A stretch of 64,000 bases of DNA from Candidatus Aminicenantes bacterium (GCA_034679465.1 JAXDAV010000075.1:12912-76911); one strand, 5' to 3'. Shown: positions 1 through 20,598, numbered from the stretch's first letter. The notes: a model not told the origin generated them from the sequence alone. Made by a program: numbers and translations.

Positions 1-2
1 CC

Positions 3-1037
3 GAAGACACCATCGCGGTGGCGATGATGCATGTCAAGGAGTTACTGCCGCCCCTGCCGTCGGGCGTGGGTTCGTTTCAGGATCTTTTGGACGGGATGAC
101 TCATAAGGAGCGCGATGGGAGGTTCCACGCTGCGGACGTCCTTTCCTATCTGGGAGCGGAGAAGGGGAGTGGGGCTCGGATGTCGTTCTCCGGTGCTGTG
201 TCGACCGGCCCCGAACGCTCAAGGCGGAACGATGCGGAGACCCTTTCCCTTCCGCGGTCAAGAGCCCTTGCGATCGGTGTCCTTGCCACCCTGGCGGTCG
301 CTCTTACCGGCCTTCTGGTCTTTCCGCTCAACCGGGCTCCGGCCATCCCCGATCCTCCTTCGCTCGAGAGGATGATCCGACAGGCTCTCGATCTCCGTGC
401 CGCGGGAGGGTTCACCGTGCTGGGGACGACTCGAGAGAACAAGCGGCAGGTCCTGGTCAAGATCAAGGATACGAGCTTTTCGGAGCCGGTTCACGCGCGC
501 ATAAAGTTTGAAAAGGCCGCTTCGGGCGGTCATGGCAAGTGGGTCGTCGCGGAATTCCTGGGGCCATCGGGGTGGATCTCATTGCAGGACGCCCTATTGA
601 GAACGAACATGGCCAAGGCGGCCGGGTCGGCGTCCTTTCTAGCGCTCTTAGCGGGGGCTATCGCGGAGTATATCAACGACCATGGCGAAGGGCCGTTGAG
701 GAACGAGTCTTCGCCTGCCGGGGACGAGAGGATCGTTCGCGCCCTTGTCCCGTTTTATATCAAGAGCGTCCCCGGCGAGGACCTCTGGGGGAACCGGATC
801 CTCCTGTGTTTCGGCAAGTCCTGCATTGGGAGGTATGGGATCGCCGATTGCTCCGAGGAGGATTATCTGGTCATTTCCCATGGCCGTGATGGAAGGCCGG
901 AGAGCTGGGCCTTTGATCGGGAGAACGGTCTGCTCCAGATGGAGAGTTTCACGAATCTGTCCGACTTCGATAGGGACCTTGTGGCCTATAACGGCCGGCT
1001 GGTCCGCGGCTTGATCTTGCCGAACCGGGATCGGTGA
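3..1037 (+). CDS. 5'-truncated membrane protein: probable Ser/Thr kinase C-terminal end, TM helix and C-terminal GspG/pseudopilin-like domain
   Basis: Frame is open from the window start (EDTIAVAMMHVKELLPPLP...FQDLLDGMTHKERDGRF resembles Hanks kinase subdomains X-XI). TM segment LAIGVLATLAVALTGLLVF. C-terminal DLWGN...YLVISHGRDG motif resembles T2SS-G domains. Confidence 0.55.
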   Translation, partial: EDTIAVAMMHVKELLPPLPSGVGSFQDLLDGMTHKERDGRFHAADVLSYLGAEKGSGARMSFSGAVSTGPERSRRNDAETLSLPRSRALAIGVLATLAVALTGLLVFPLNRAPAIPDPPSLERMIRQALDLRAAGGFTVLGTTRENKRQVLVKIKDTSFSEPVHARIKFEKAASGGHGKWVVAEFLGPSGWISLQDALLRTNMAKAAGSASFLALLAGAIAEYINDHGEGPLRNESSPAGDERIVRALVPFYIKSVPGEDLWGNRILLCFGKSCIGRYGIADCSEEDYLVISHGRDGRPESWAFDRENGLLQMESFTNLSDFDRDLVAYNGRLVRGLILPNRDR

Positions 1038-1124
1038 CCTGCTAAACCCGCCCGGGGCCGGCAGGCCGCCCGAGGGGGCCGGCGGTGCCTGCCCCACTGA
1101 AAGAGCTTTCTCTGAAAGAACCCC

Positions 1125-1153
1125 TTGACAAGCCCCCTGATTTCCTCTAGTAT
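1125..1153 (+). promoter_or_regulatory. sigma70-type promoter for the tRNA/rpmG-secE-nusG cluster
   Basis: TTGACA (1125-1130), 17-nt spacer, TAGTAT (1148-1153). Confidence 0.7.
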
Positions 1154-1306
1154 AACCGAGGCCGTTCTATATATTTCAGATTAAATCTCTGAAAAAAAAG
1201 AACACATTCGAGCTCGAGGAGAGAAGGCTTTTCTTTTTTTCCATCTGTAGGTCTGTATTTTCCCCCGTTCAAGGACAGATTAGCGGCGAGACTGGTCGAG
1301 GCGAGC

Positions 1307-1379
1307 GCCAGCGTAGCTCAGTCGGTAGAGCGGCTGATTTGTAATCAGCGGGTCAGGGGTTCGAATCCCTTCGCTGGCT
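1307..1379 (+). tRNA. tRNA-Thr(TGT), CCA not encoded
   Basis: Acceptor stem GCCAGCG/CGCTGGC, anticodon arm GCTGA-ttTGTaa-TCAGC, GTTCGAATC T-loop. Confidence 0.95.
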
Positions 1380-1416
1380 TAGACGGGCGATCGAGGGCGA
1401 GGACGATGCACCATAC

Positions 1417-1499
1417 GGGCAGGTTCCAGAGTGGCCAAATGGGACGGGCTGTAAACCCGTTGCGGAAACGCTTCGGAGGTTCGAATCCTTCCCTGCCCA
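1417..1499 (+). tRNA. tRNA-Tyr(GTA), CCA not encoded
   Basis: Acceptor stem GGGCAGG/CCTGCCC, anticodon arm ACGGG-ctGTAaa-CCCGT, long variable arm, T-loop. Confidence 0.95.
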
Positions 1500-1510
1500 C
1501 TTTCGCGTCA

Positions 1511-1583
<73 letters not shown>

Positions 1584-1599
1584 CTTTCGAGGTTGCCAA

Positions 1600-1672
1600 G
1601 CCCAAGTAGCTCAGTTGGCAGAGCACGTCCTTGGTAAGGACGGGGTCACCAGTTCAATTCTGGTCTTGGGCT
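1600..1672 (+). tRNA. tRNA-Thr(GGT), CCA not encoded
   Basis: Acceptor stem GCCCAAG/CTTGGGC, anticodon arm CGTCC-ttGGTaa-GGACG. Confidence 0.95.
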
Positions 1673-1720
1673 TTTTCCTGATTTTGGCGGAGGCCCCCCG
1701 GGGGGCCGGGAAGGACCGAT

Positions 1721-1870
1721 ATGCGAGAGATCATCACGCTTCAATGCGGCGAGTGCAAGAGGCGCAACTACAGCTCGACGCGGAACAAGAAGAAGCAGAC
1801 CGAGAAGCTCGAGACGAGCAAGTACTGCCCCTTCTGCCGGAAGCACACGGTTCACAAGGAAGTCAAGTAG
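1721..1870 (+). CDS. rpmG: 50S ribosomal protein L33 (Zn-ribbon type), not in the ORF track
   Basis: Hand translation [49 protein letters not shown]; canonical position before tRNA-Trp and secE. Confidence 0.95.
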   Translation: MREIITLQCGECKRRNYSSTRNKKKQTEKLETSKYCPFCRKHTVHKEVK

Positions 1871-1876
1871 AGCGAC

Positions 1877-1952
<76 letters not shown>

Positions 1953-2021
1953 ACTCCGCTCCCCGAAAGGGCGGCCGCGGGCCTGAGGGCCCGGCCGCGG
2001 ACCCCGGAAAGAGAGAACGCC

Positions 2022-2237
2022 ATGACTGAGACGAAGCTTCGCTGGCACAGCCGGTTCGTCAACTTCCTCAAGGAGACGTGGGCCGAGCTCAAGCGGGTCA
2101 CCTGGCCGTCCAAGACCGAGGTCGTCAACACGACCATCGTCGTCGTCGCGGCCACGATCTTCTTCGGCTTCTACCTGTTCTTCATGGACGTCATCTTCGC
2201 CTGGATCATCGGCCACATCAAGTCCCTCTTCGGCTAA
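2022..2237 (+). CDS. secE: preprotein translocase subunit SecE
   Basis: ELKRVTWPSKTE motif plus one TM helix; ATG at 2022. Confidence 0.93.
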   Translation: MTETKLRWHSRFVNFLKETWAELKRVTWPSKTEVVNTTIVVVAATIFFGFYLFFMDVIFAWIIGHIKSLFG

Positions 2238-2255
2238 GCGCAAGGAAACCGGACG

Positions 2256-2786
2256 ATGGCAAAAAACTGGTTCGTCGTACACACCTACTCGGGCTTCGAG
2301 AAGTTCGTCGCCGAGTCGATCAAGCAGAAGGCGATCGAGCTCCATCTCGAGGACCAGGTCGGGCAGATCATCATCCCGACCGAGGACGTCATCGAGATCC
2401 GGGGCGGCAAGAAGGTCGTCTCCACCAAGCGGTCCTATCCCGGCTACATCCTCGTCGAGATGGAGATGAACGACGAGAACTGGCTGATGATCCGCCAGGT
2501 CCCGAAGGTCACGGGCTTCGTCGGCTCGGGCCGGACGCCGACCCCGCTCAGCAAGAAGGAGGTCGGCCAGATCGTCGAGCACATGGAGACGACCTCGGAG
2601 AAGCCCAAGCCCAAGCACTCGTTCGAGAAGGGCGAGGCCGTGCGCATCATCGACGGGCCCTTCTTCAACTTCAACGGGATCGTCGAAGAGGTCCATCCCG
2701 AGCGGAACACCCTCAAGGTCCTGGTCACCATCTTCGGCCGGTCGACCCCGGTCGAGCTCGAGTTCCTGCAGGTCGAGAAGCTTTAG
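2256..2786 (+). CDS. nusG: transcription termination/antitermination factor NusG
   Basis: [23 protein letters not shown] motif, [12 protein letters not shown]. Confidence 0.97.
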   Translation: MAKNWFVVHTYSGFEKFVAESIKQKAIELHLEDQVGQIIIPTEDVIEIRGGKKVVSTKRSYPGYILVEMEMNDENWLMIRQVPKVTGFVGSGRTPTPLSKKEVGQIVEHMETTSEKPKPKHSFEKGEAVRIIDGPFFNFNGIVEEVHPERNTLKVLVTIFGRSTPVELEFLQVEKL

Positions 2787-2795
2787 GAGGACGCC

Positions 2796-3227
2796 ATGTC
2801 GAAGGAAGTCGTCGCCAAGATCAAGCTGGAGATCGTCGCCGGGCAGGCCAGCCCCGCGCCCCCCGTCGGGCCGGCCCTGGGCCAGCACGGCGTCAATATC
2901 ATGGGTTTCGTCCGCGAGTTCAACGAGCGGACCAAGAAGATGGACGAGGGCACGGTCGTCCCCGTCCTCATCACCGTCTTCAAGGACAAGTCGTTCAACT
3001 TCGTCGTCAAGACCCCGCCGGCCTCCTACCTCCTGAAGAAGGCGGCCGGCATCGCCAAGGGCTCCGGGGCGCCGAACAAGGAGAAGGTCGGCCGGGTCAC
3101 CCGGAAGCAGATCGAGGAGATCGCCCGGACGAAGCTCCCCGACCTCAACGCCTACGACGTCGAGGCGGCCCAGAAGATCATCGAGGGGACGGCGAGGAAC
3201 ATGGGACTGGAGATCGTCAGTGAGTAA
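2796..3227 (+). CDS. rplK: 50S ribosomal protein L11
   Basis: [22 protein letters not shown]. Confidence 0.97.
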   Translation: MSKEVVAKIKLEIVAGQASPAPPVGPALGQHGVNIMGFVREFNERTKKMDEGTVVPVLITVFKDKSFNFVVKTPPASYLLKKAAGIAKGSGAPNKEKVGRVTRKQIEEIARTKLPDLNAYDVEAAQKIIEGTARNMGLEIVSE

Positions 3228-3918
3228 ACACGGCAAGAACACCATCAAGGCCCGCGAGGTCAAGGGCGCGGAGCCCCGGCCCTATTCCCTCGAGGAGGCC
3301 GTGGGCCTCCTCAAGAAGGCCCATTTCGCCAAGTTCGACGAATCGGTCGACGTCGACGTCCGGCTGGGCGTCAATCCCAAGTACTCGGACCAGATGGTCC
3401 GCGGCACGGTCGTCCTGCCCCACGGCACGGGCAAGACCAAGAAGATCTGCGTCATCGCCGCGGGCGAGAAGATCAAGGAGGCCGAGGAGGCCGGGGCCGA
3501 CCACTTCGGCGGCGACGAGCTCATCGAGAAGATCGCCGGCGGCTGGATCGACTTCGACGTCGTCATCGCCACGCCCGACGTCATGCGCGGCGTCGGCAAG
3601 CTCGGCCGCATCCTGGGCACCAAGGGCCTCATGCCCAATCCCAAGTCCGGCACGGTCACCTTCGACATCCGCAAGGCCGTCGAGGAGACCAAGGCCGGCA
3701 AGGTCGAGTTCCGGGTGGACAAGACGAGCATCGTCCATTCGACCGTCGGCAAGGTCTCCTTCCCCGAGGCCCAGCTGGTCGACAACCTGAAGACCTTCAT
3801 CCAGGCCATCGTCCAGGCCAAGCCGCCGGCCGCCAAGGGCAAGTACATCCGGACGATGTTCGTGTCCTCGACGATGGGCCCGTCCTTCCGGATTTCCGAG
3901 GACATCTTAGAGAGCTAG
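3220..3918 (+). CDS. rplA: 50S ribosomal protein L1
   Basis: [36 protein letters not shown]. Confidence 0.97.
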   Translation: MSKHGKNTIKAREVKGAEPRPYSLEEAVGLLKKAHFAKFDESVDVDVRLGVNPKYSDQMVRGTVVLPHGTGKTKKICVIAAGEKIKEAEEAGADHFGGDELIEKIAGGWIDFDVVIATPDVMRGVGKLGRILGTKGLMPNPKSGTVTFDIRKAVEETKAGKVEFRVDKTSIVHSTVGKVSFPEAQLVDNLKTFIQAIVQAKPPAAKGKYIRTMFVSSTMGPSFRISEDILES

Positions 3919-3929
3919 AGGAGCGCGCC

Positions 3930-4448
3930 GTGAAAAAGGACGTCAAACAACCGATCGTCGCAGGCCTCGAGCGCCTGTTCGGATCCCACGACACCTATTA
4001 CCTGGTCGACTTCAAGCGGATGAAGGTCGCCCAGGCGGTCGAGCTGCGCAAGACCCTGCGCCGGAGCGGCTTCACCTACAAGGTCATCAAGAACCGGCTG
4101 GCCCTGCGGGCCCTCGGCGAGACCTGCCCCGAGGCCCTGCGGCCGTTCTTCCAGAAGCCGACGGCCATCGCCTTCGCCGACAAGGAGCCCATCCAGCTGG
4201 CCAGGATCCTCAAGGACTTCTCCAACCAGGGCAAGGTCCTGGCCGTCAAGGGCGGCCAGGTCGAGGGCCGGCTCATGCCGGCCGAGCGGTTCGACGAGGT
4301 CACCAGGCTCGGCTCCCGCCGGGACCTCCTGGGCCAGGTCGGCTACCTCATGGCCAACCCGCTGCACCGGCTGATGCGGACCCTCCAGGCCCCTCTCAGC
4401 AACGTCGGGATCTGCCTCGGCGAGCTCAAAAGAACGAAAACCACCTGA
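3930..4448 (+). CDS. rplJ: 50S ribosomal protein L10
   Basis: LRKTLR...KVIKNRLA motif; lies between rplA and rplL. Confidence 0.92.
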   Translation: MKKDVKQPIVAGLERLFGSHDTYYLVDFKRMKVAQAVELRKTLRRSGFTYKVIKNRLALRALGETCPEALRPFFQKPTAIAFADKEPIQLARILKDFSNQGKVLAVKGGQVEGRLMPAERFDEVTRLGSRRDLLGQVGYLMANPLHRLMRTLQAPLSNVGICLGELKRTKTT

Positions 4449-4476
4449 AATTCCATATTATTAAGGAGACCGACCC

Positions 4477-4863
<387 letters not shown>

Positions 4864-4940
4864 TGACACGGTTGGCTGAGCGTCCGTCCGTCCGGTCCCG
4901 GAAGCGTGGACACTCGATCCCTGCGTGAGAGTGAGACAGC

Positions 4941-13381
<8,441 letters not shown>

Positions 13382-13413
13382 GGCCCCCCGGGGAGGGGAG
13401 AGCGTCAAATTTC

Positions 13414-13442
13414 TTGACAGAGAGGCCGAATTTTGTTAAACT
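13414..13442 (+). promoter_or_regulatory. sigma70 promoter of the str (rpsL) operon
   Basis: TTGACA (13414-13419), 17-nt spacer, TAAACT (13437-13442) preceded by TGn. Confidence 0.75.
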
Positions 13443-13521
13443 CCATCCATTCGTCTCGGGCTATCCCCCTGGGGATGAATAAAACCTAATCGAGGAATTT
13501 TGTGTAGAGGAGTATTGTTCA

Positions 13522-13911
13522 TTGCCGACCGTCAATCAGCTCATCCGTAAAGGCCGCACGCCCAAGAAATACAAGAGCAAATCCCCGGCCCTCGACGCCT
13601 GCCCCCAGAAGCGGGGCGTTTGCACGCGGGTGTTCACGACCACGCCCAAGAAGCCGAACTCGGCCATGCGCAAGGTCGCCCGCGTCCGGCTGACCAACAA
13701 CATCGAGGTCACGGGCTACATCCCGGGGATCGGGCACAATCTCCAGGAGCACTCGATCGTCATGATCCGGGGAGGCCGCATCAAGGACCTGCCCGGCGTC
13801 CGCTACCACATCATCCGCGGCAAGCTCGACGCCGAGGGGGTGCAGAACCGCTTCAAGGCGCGGTCCCGGTACGGGGCGAAGAGGCCGAAAGAGAAACGGG
13901 CCTCGGCCTAA
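13522..13911 (+). CDS. rpsL: 30S ribosomal protein S12 (TTG start)
   Basis: [24 protein letters not shown]; AGGAG RBS upstream. Confidence 0.98.
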   Translation: MPTVNQLIRKGRTPKKYKSKSPALDACPQKRGVCTRVFTTTPKKPNSAMRKVARVRLTNNIEVTGYIPGIGHNLQEHSIVMIRGGRIKDLPGVRYHIIRGKLDAEGVQNRFKARSRYGAKRPKEKRASA

Positions 13912-13926
13912 GACAGGAGCTTTCCC

Positions 13927-14397
13927 ATGCCGAGACGCGGAACGATCAAGAAGCGCAAAGCGCCCGCCGATTCCCTGTACAACAGCACGGTGGTGGCCCG
14001 GTTCATCAATCTCTTCCTCCGCGAGGGGAAGAAGACGACCGCCGAGAAGGTCGTCTACGGGACGATGGACCTGCTCAAGGCCAAGACCAAGGAGGACCCC
14101 CTCAAGGTCCTGGAGAAGGCCCTGGAGAACATCCGGCCCTTCCTCGAGACCAAGTCGCGGCGCGTCGGCGGCGCCAACTACCAGGTCCCCATCGAGGTCG
14201 CGCCCGGGCGGTCCTACTCCCTGGGCTTCCGCTGGCTGCTCAAGTACGCCAAGGAGCGCGGCGGCAAGAGCATGCCGGAGAAGCTCTCCGCCGAGATCAT
14301 CGACGCCATCAACAACCGCGGCGGCGCGGTCAAGAAGCGCGAGGACACGCACAAGATGGCGGAGGCCAACCGGGCCTTCGCACATTATAAATGGTAG
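13927..14397 (+). CDS. rpsG: 30S ribosomal protein S7
   Basis: SRRVGGANYQVP, HKMAEANRAFAH. Confidence 0.98.
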   Translation: MPRRGTIKKRKAPADSLYNSTVVARFINLFLREGKKTTAEKVVYGTMDLLKAKTKEDPLKVLEKALENIRPFLETKSRRVGGANYQVPIEVAPGRSYSLGFRWLLKYAKERGGKSMPEKLSAEIIDAINNRGGAVKKREDTHKMAEANRAFAHYKW

Positions 14398-14450
14398 CCC
14401 TGAGGAAAGAGCCCCGTTCGTGATCCGGTCCGATATGGAGCGAAGGCTGT

Positions 14451-16550
14451 ATGCGGTCATACCCGATCGAGAAAGTACGGAACATCGGCATCATGGCCCA
14501 TATCGACGCCGGGAAGACGACCACGACGGAGCGAATCCTGTTCTACACGGGTATGACCTACAAAATGGGCGAGGTGGACGACGGGACGGCCGTGATGGAT
14601 TGGATGGTCCAGGAGCAGGAGCGCGGGATCACCATCACCTCGGCCGCGACGACGTGCGCTTGGCGTGACCACCGTATCAATATCATCGATACGCCGGGTC
14701 ACGTGGATTTCACCGCGGAGGTCGAGCGCTCCCTGAGGGTGCTCGACGGCGCGATAGCCATACTGTGTGGAGTTGGCGGCGTCGAACCGCAGTCCGAGAC
14801 AGTGTGGCGCCAGGCCGACAAGTACCGGGTCCCGCGGATCGTGTTCATCAACAAGATGGACCGAGTCGGGGCCGACCCGGAACGGGCGGTCCTCATGCTG
14901 AGGACGCGGGTGGCGGCCAAGCCTCTGCCGATCCAGATTCCCTTAGGCAGGGAAGACGGGTTCCGCGGCGTGATCGACCTCATCGAGCGGAAGGTCTACG
15001 ACTGGGGTCGGGACATCTTGGGGACGGACTACGCCGTCCGGGAGGTCGCGGAGGAGGACCGCGAGGACGTTGAACGGAAGCGACAGGACATGATCGAGAT
15101 GTTGAGCGAACACGACGACGGCCTGATGCAGAAGTACCTCGACGGGGTCGAGGTCTCCGCGCCGGAGCTGCGGAGCGCCGTCCGCCGGGCCACCCTGGCC
15201 CAGGAAGTCGTCCCCGTCCTCTACGGGGCCTCCTTCCGGAACAAGGGCATCCACCCGCTGCTCGACGCCGTCGTCGATTACCTGCCGTCGCCGGCCGACG
15301 TCCCGCCGGTCTCCGGCCGCCACCCCAAGACCCAGGCCGAGGAGACCCGCCCGGCCTCCGACGACGCCCCCTTCGCGGGCCTCGTCTTCAAGATCGCCAA
15401 CGACCCGTTCCTGGGCAGCCTGGCCTATTTCCGGGTCTATTCGGGCAAGGCCAAGGTCGGCCAGGCGATCTACAATTCGACCAAGGGCGAAGAGGAGAAG
15501 CTCTCCCGCCTGCTCGAGATGCACTCGAACAAGCGCAAGGAGCTCAAGGAGGTCCATGCCGGGGACATCGCGGCCATGGGCTCGATGAAGAACATCTCCA
15601 CCGGGGACACCCTCTGCCTCAAGAGCCACCCCGTCGTCCTCGAGTCCATCCGCTTCCCCGAGCCGGTCATCTCGGCGACGATCGAGCCCAAGACCAAGGC
15701 CGACCACGCCAAGCTGGCCCTGACCCTGGCCAAGCTCGTCCGCGAGGACCCGACGATCAAGGTCAGCCAGGACCCCATGACCGGGCAGACGCTGCTCCGG
15801 GGGATGGGGGAGCTGCACCTCGAGATCATCATGGACCGGATGGAGCGGGAGTTCGGCGTCCGGGCCAACCTGGGCAAGCCCCAGGTCGCCTACAAAGAGA
15901 CCATCCTGGCCGAGGCCGAGGCCGAGGGCAAGTACGTCCGCCAGGCCGGCGGCAAAGGCCTCTACGGGCACTGCGTCCTGCGGCTCGAGCCGCTCGACCG
16001 GGGCCGGGGCTTCGAGTTCGTCGACCGGACCCGGGGCGGCGTCGTCCCCAGGGAGTTCCTCGGCGACGTCGAGAACGGGGTCCGCGAGGCCCTCGAGGCC
16101 GGCGTCGTCGCCGGCTATCCGGTGACCGACTTCCGGGCCGCCCTCGTCGGCGGGTCGACCCACGACACCGACGCCGCGCCGGTCGCCTACAAGATCGCGG
16201 CCACGCTGGCCTTCCGCGACGCCGCCAAGAAGGCCGGGCCGGTCCTGCTGGAGCCGCTGATGCGGCTCGAGATCGTCGCCCCCGACGAATACCTCGGCGA
16301 CATCGTCGGGGACATCAACGCCCGGCGGGGCAAGATCGAGGGCCTGGAGATGCGTAGCGGCTCCCGCGTCGTCGCCATCCACGTCCCCCTGGCCGAGATG
16401 TTCGGCTACGCGACGACGCTCCGGACCCTGACCCAGGGCCGCGGCGTCTTCGCCATGGAATTCGCACGCTACGAGCGGACGCCTCCGGGCGTCCAGGATG
16501 AGATCGTCGCCCGGGTCGAGGGACGGATCCCCTTCCGGGCCGACCATTAG
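14451..16550 (+). CDS. fusA: elongation factor G (str-operon copy, divergent domain IV loops)
   Basis: [36 protein letters not shown]. Confidence 0.95.
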   Translation: MRSYPIEKVRNIGIMAHIDAGKTTTTERILFYTGMTYKMGEVDDGTAVMDWMVQEQERGITITSAATTCAWRDHRINIIDTPGHVDFTAEVERSLRVLDGAIAILCGVGGVEPQSETVWRQADKYRVPRIVFINKMDRVGADPERAVLMLRTRVAAKPLPIQIPLGREDGFRGVIDLIERKVYDWGRDILGTDYAVREVAEEDREDVERKRQDMIEMLSEHDDGLMQKYLDGVEVSAPELRSAVRRATLAQEVVPVLYGASFRNKGIHPLLDAVVDYLPSPADVPPVSGRHPKTQAEETRPASDDAPFAGLVFKIANDPFLGSLAYFRVYSGKAKVGQAIYNSTKGEEEKLSRLLEMHSNKRKELKEVHAGDIAAMGSMKNISTGDTLCLKSHPVVLESIRFPEPVISATIEPKTKADHAKLALTLAKLVREDPTIKVSQDPMTGQTLLRGMGELHLEIIMDRMEREFGVRANLGKPQVAYKETILAEAEAEGKYVRQAGGKGLYGHCVLRLEPLDRGRGFEFVDRTRGGVVPREFLGDVENGVREALEAGVVAGYPVTDFRAALVGGSTHDTDAAPVAYKIAATLAFRDAAKKAGPVLLEPLMRLEIVAPDEYLGDIVGDINARRGKIEGLEMRSGSRVVAIHVPLAEMFGYATTLRTLTQGRGVFAMEFARYERTPPGVQDEIVARVEGRIPFRADH

Positions 16551-16590
16551 GATGAGGTCCTTACGTTTGAAGCCATACAGGAGGTGAGCG

Positions 16591-17793
<1,203 letters not shown>

Positions 17794-17865
17794 CCGCGAG
17801 CGCCGCCGAGGGTCCGCCGGGCCGCGGGGCCCGGGCCAGGGATTCGGAGAACAGAGGAACGAACG

Positions 17866-18183
17866 ATGGAAAAAATCAGAATCCGCTTACAGTCCTTCGA
17901 CCACCGCCTGCTCGACCAGTCCGTCAAGGACATCGTCATCAAGGCGAAACGCACCGGCGCCAGCGTCGCCGGCCCCATCCCCCTGCCGACGCGCATCCAC
18001 AAGTTCTGCGTCCTCCGTTCCCCGCACGTGGACAAGAAGTCGCGGGAGCATTTCGAGATGCGGATCCACAAGCGGCTCATCGACATCAGCGAATACAACA
18101 ACGAGACGATCGAGGAGCTCCAGAAGCTCGATCTGCCGGCCGGGATCGACGTCGAGATCCAGGCCTACGGGGCGGGAGAGTGA
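17866..18183 (+). CDS. rpsJ: 30S ribosomal protein S10
   Basis: [21 protein letters not shown]. Confidence 0.97.
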   Translation: MEKIRIRLQSFDHRLLDQSVKDIVIKAKRTGASVAGPIPLPTRIHKFCVLRSPHVDKKSREHFEMRIHKRLIDISEYNNETIEELQKLDLPAGIDVEIQAYGAGE

Positions 18184-18185
18184 CC

Positions 18186-18833
18186 ATGATCCAGGGACTG
18201 ATCGCCAAGAAGATCGGCATGAGCCAGCAGTTCGACGACGCCGGCAACGTCGTCCCCGTCACCGTCCTCAAGGCCGGGCCGTGTACGGTCATCCAGAAGA
18301 AGACGCCCGACAAGGACGGCTACACGGCCGTCCAGCTGGGCTTCGTCGAGGAGCGGGCCGTCCGCAAGCCCAGCAAGCCCCAGACGGGGCACTTCAAGCG
18401 GGCCGGCGTCCCGGTCGTCCGCAAGCTCCAGGAGTTCGGCTGTACCGACCCCGCCGCCGTCAAGGAAGGCGACCAGGTCTTGGTCGACATCTTCGAGATC
18501 GGCGAGACCATCGACGTCGTCGGGACAAGCAAGGGCAAGGGCTTCGCCGGCGTCGTCAAGCGGCACCATTTCCGCGGCGGCGGCGCGGCCCACGGCTCCA
18601 TGTTCCACCGGGCGCCCGGCTCGATCGGCGCCTCGTCCTACCCCTCGCGCGTCGTCAAGGGCATGCGCATGGGCGGCCATATGGGGGCCGAGCGGGTCAC
18701 GGTCCGCAAGCTCCAGGTCGTCGCCACGGACAAGGACCTGAACCTCCTCCTGGTCAAGGGCGCGGTGCCCGGGGCCAAGGGGGGCTACGTCCTGATCCGG
18801 AAAGCCGCGTCCGTTCCCGCGCGGCCGAAGTGA
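18186..18833 (+). CDS. rplC: 50S ribosomal protein L3
   Basis: C-terminal part of ORF 16848..18833; [33 protein letters not shown]. Confidence 0.96.
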   Translation: MIQGLIAKKIGMSQQFDDAGNVVPVTVLKAGPCTVIQKKTPDKDGYTAVQLGFVEERAVRKPSKPQTGHFKRAGVPVVRKLQEFGCTDPAAVKEGDQVLVDIFEIGETIDVVGTSKGKGFAGVVKRHHFRGGGAAHGSMFHRAPGSIGASSYPSRVVKGMRMGGHMGAERVTVRKLQVVATDKDLNLLLVKGAVPGAKGGYVLIRKAASVPARPK

Positions 18834-18850
18834 ACGGGAAAGAAGGCACC

Positions 18851-19474
18851 ATGGCGAAACTCGACATCATCGACAGAAGCGGCCAGGCGGCCGGCCAGGT
18901 GGAGCTGCCGGAGGGCGTCTTCGACGGCGCCGCCGGGCGCGACCACCTGATCTACGAGGCCGTCGTCAGCTATCGGGCCAACCAGCGCCAAGGCACGGCG
19001 GCGACCAAGACCCGGGCCTCCGTCAGCGGCGGCGGCAAGAAGCCCTGGCGGCAGAAGGGCACCGGCCGGGCCCGCGTCGGCAGCACGCGCTCACCTCTGT
19101 GGAAGAAAGGCGGGACGGTCTTCGGGCCTCAGCCCCGCGATTATTCCTACGAGCTGCCGAAGAAGGCCCGCCGGGGCGCCCTGCGCGCCGCCCTGGCCCG
19201 GAAGCACGCCGCGGGGGAGCTCGTCGTCGCGAGCGAGCTCGAGGTCAAGGAGCCCCGGACGAAGGAGGCCGTCGCCCTGCTCAAGGCGTACAAGATCGAG
19301 GCGGCCCTCCTCGTCGACACGGCCGACAACGCCAACCTCTTCCGGGCGGTCCGCAACCTGCCCCGGATCAAGGCGGTCGACGTCTCCGGCCTCAACATCT
19401 ACGACGTCCTCGCCCACAAGTCCGTCGTCTTCAGCCGGCGGGCGTTCGAGGCCGTTCTGGAGAGATTGACGTGA
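18851..19474 (+). CDS. rplD: 50S ribosomal protein L4
   Basis: KPWRQKGTGRAR, GGTVFGPQPRDY; ATG at 18851. Confidence 0.96.
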   Translation: MAKLDIIDRSGQAAGQVELPEGVFDGAAGRDHLIYEAVVSYRANQRQGTAATKTRASVSGGGKKPWRQKGTGRARVGSTRSPLWKKGGTVFGPQPRDYSYELPKKARRGALRAALARKHAAGELVVASELEVKEPRTKEAVALLKAYKIEAALLVDTADNANLFRAVRNLPRIKAVDVSGLNIYDVLAHKSVVFSRRAFEAVLERLT

Positions 19475-19767
19475 TCAAAGACCCTCACAAGATCATCATC
19501 CGCCCGGTGATCACGGAGAAGACGACCCGGCTCAAGGCCACGAGCGGGGTCATCTGCTTCGAGGTCGCCCGGGGCGCCAACAAGATCGAGATCAAGCGGG
19601 CCATCGAGCAGCTGTTCAAGACCAAGGTCGCCGAGGTCCGCACCCAGGCGAAGGCGGGCAAGGTCCGCCGGGTCGGCCGCCACGCGGGCAAGACGAAGGA
19701 CTGGAAGAAGGCCTACGTCCGGCTGTGCGAAGGCGAGAAGCCGATCGAATACTTCGAGGCGGCGTAA
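19471..19767 (+). CDS. rplW: 50S ribosomal protein L23
   Basis: PVITEK, ANKIEIK, WKKAYV; GTG start overlaps the rplD stop. Confidence 0.94.
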   Translation: MIKDPHKIIIRPVITEKTTRLKATSGVICFEVARGANKIEIKRAIEQLFKTKVAEVRTQAKAGKVRRVGRHAGKTKDWKKAYVRLCEGEKPIEYFEAA

Positions 19768-19768
19768 C

Positions 19769-20596
19769 ATGGGCATCAAAACCTACCGGCCAAGGACCCC
19801 CGGCCTGCGCCACAGGACGGGCAATCGCTACGACGAGCTGAGCGGGGACCGCCCCTACAAGCCCCTGCTCGTGTCCCTGTCCAAGTCGGGCGGCCGCGAC
19901 AGCCGCGGCCGGCTGTCGATGCGGAACCGGGGCGGCGGGCACAAGCAGCTCTACCGGGTCGTCGACTTCAAGCGGGACAAGATCGGCATCCCCGGCACGG
20001 TCGAGACCGTCGAGTACGATCCCAACCGGTCCTCCTTCATCTCCCTCGTGAAGTACCGCGACGGCGAGCGGCGCTACATCATCTACCCCGCCGGGCTCCG
20101 GGTCGGGCAGGAGATCGTCTCGACCGACCGCCAGGCCGACATCCTGCCGGGCAACGCCATGCCCCTGCGCTTCATCCCGCTCGGGACCGTCATCCACAAC
20201 ATCGAGCTGCGCAAGGACAAGGGCGGCCAGGTCGCCAAGTCCGCCGGGGCGGGCGCCCAGATCCTGGCCAAGGAAGGGGACTACGCCCAGGTCCGGCTGC
20301 CGTCCTCGGAGATCCGCAAGGTCCACCTGGACTGCCGGGCGACGATCGGCCAGATCGGCAACGCCGACCATTCGAACATCAGCGTCGGCAAGGCCGGCCG
20401 GAGCCGCTGGAAAGGCATCCGGCCGCACGTCCGCGGCACGGCCATGAACCCCATCGACCATCCGCACGGCGGCGGCGAGGGCAAGGCCAAGGGCGGCCGC
20501 CATCCGGTCAGCCCGACGGGCATCCCGACCAAGGGCTACAAGACCCGCCAGAACAAGCGGACCCAGGCCTTCATCGTCCGCCGCAGGAGCAAGTAA
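19769..20596 (+). CDS. rplB: 50S ribosomal protein L2
   Basis: [24 protein letters not shown]. Confidence 0.98.
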   Translation: MGIKTYRPRTPGLRHRTGNRYDELSGDRPYKPLLVSLSKSGGRDSRGRLSMRNRGGGHKQLYRVVDFKRDKIGIPGTVETVEYDPNRSSFISLVKYRDGERRYIIYPAGLRVGQEIVSTDRQADILPGNAMPLRFIPLGTVIHNIELRKDKGGQVAKSAGAGAQILAKEGDYAQVRLPSSEIRKVHLDCRATIGQIGNADHSNISVGKAGRSRWKGIRPHVRGTAMNPIDHPHGGGEGKAKGGRHPVSPTGIPTKGYKTRQNKRTQAFIVRRRSK

Positions 20597-20598
20597 CC

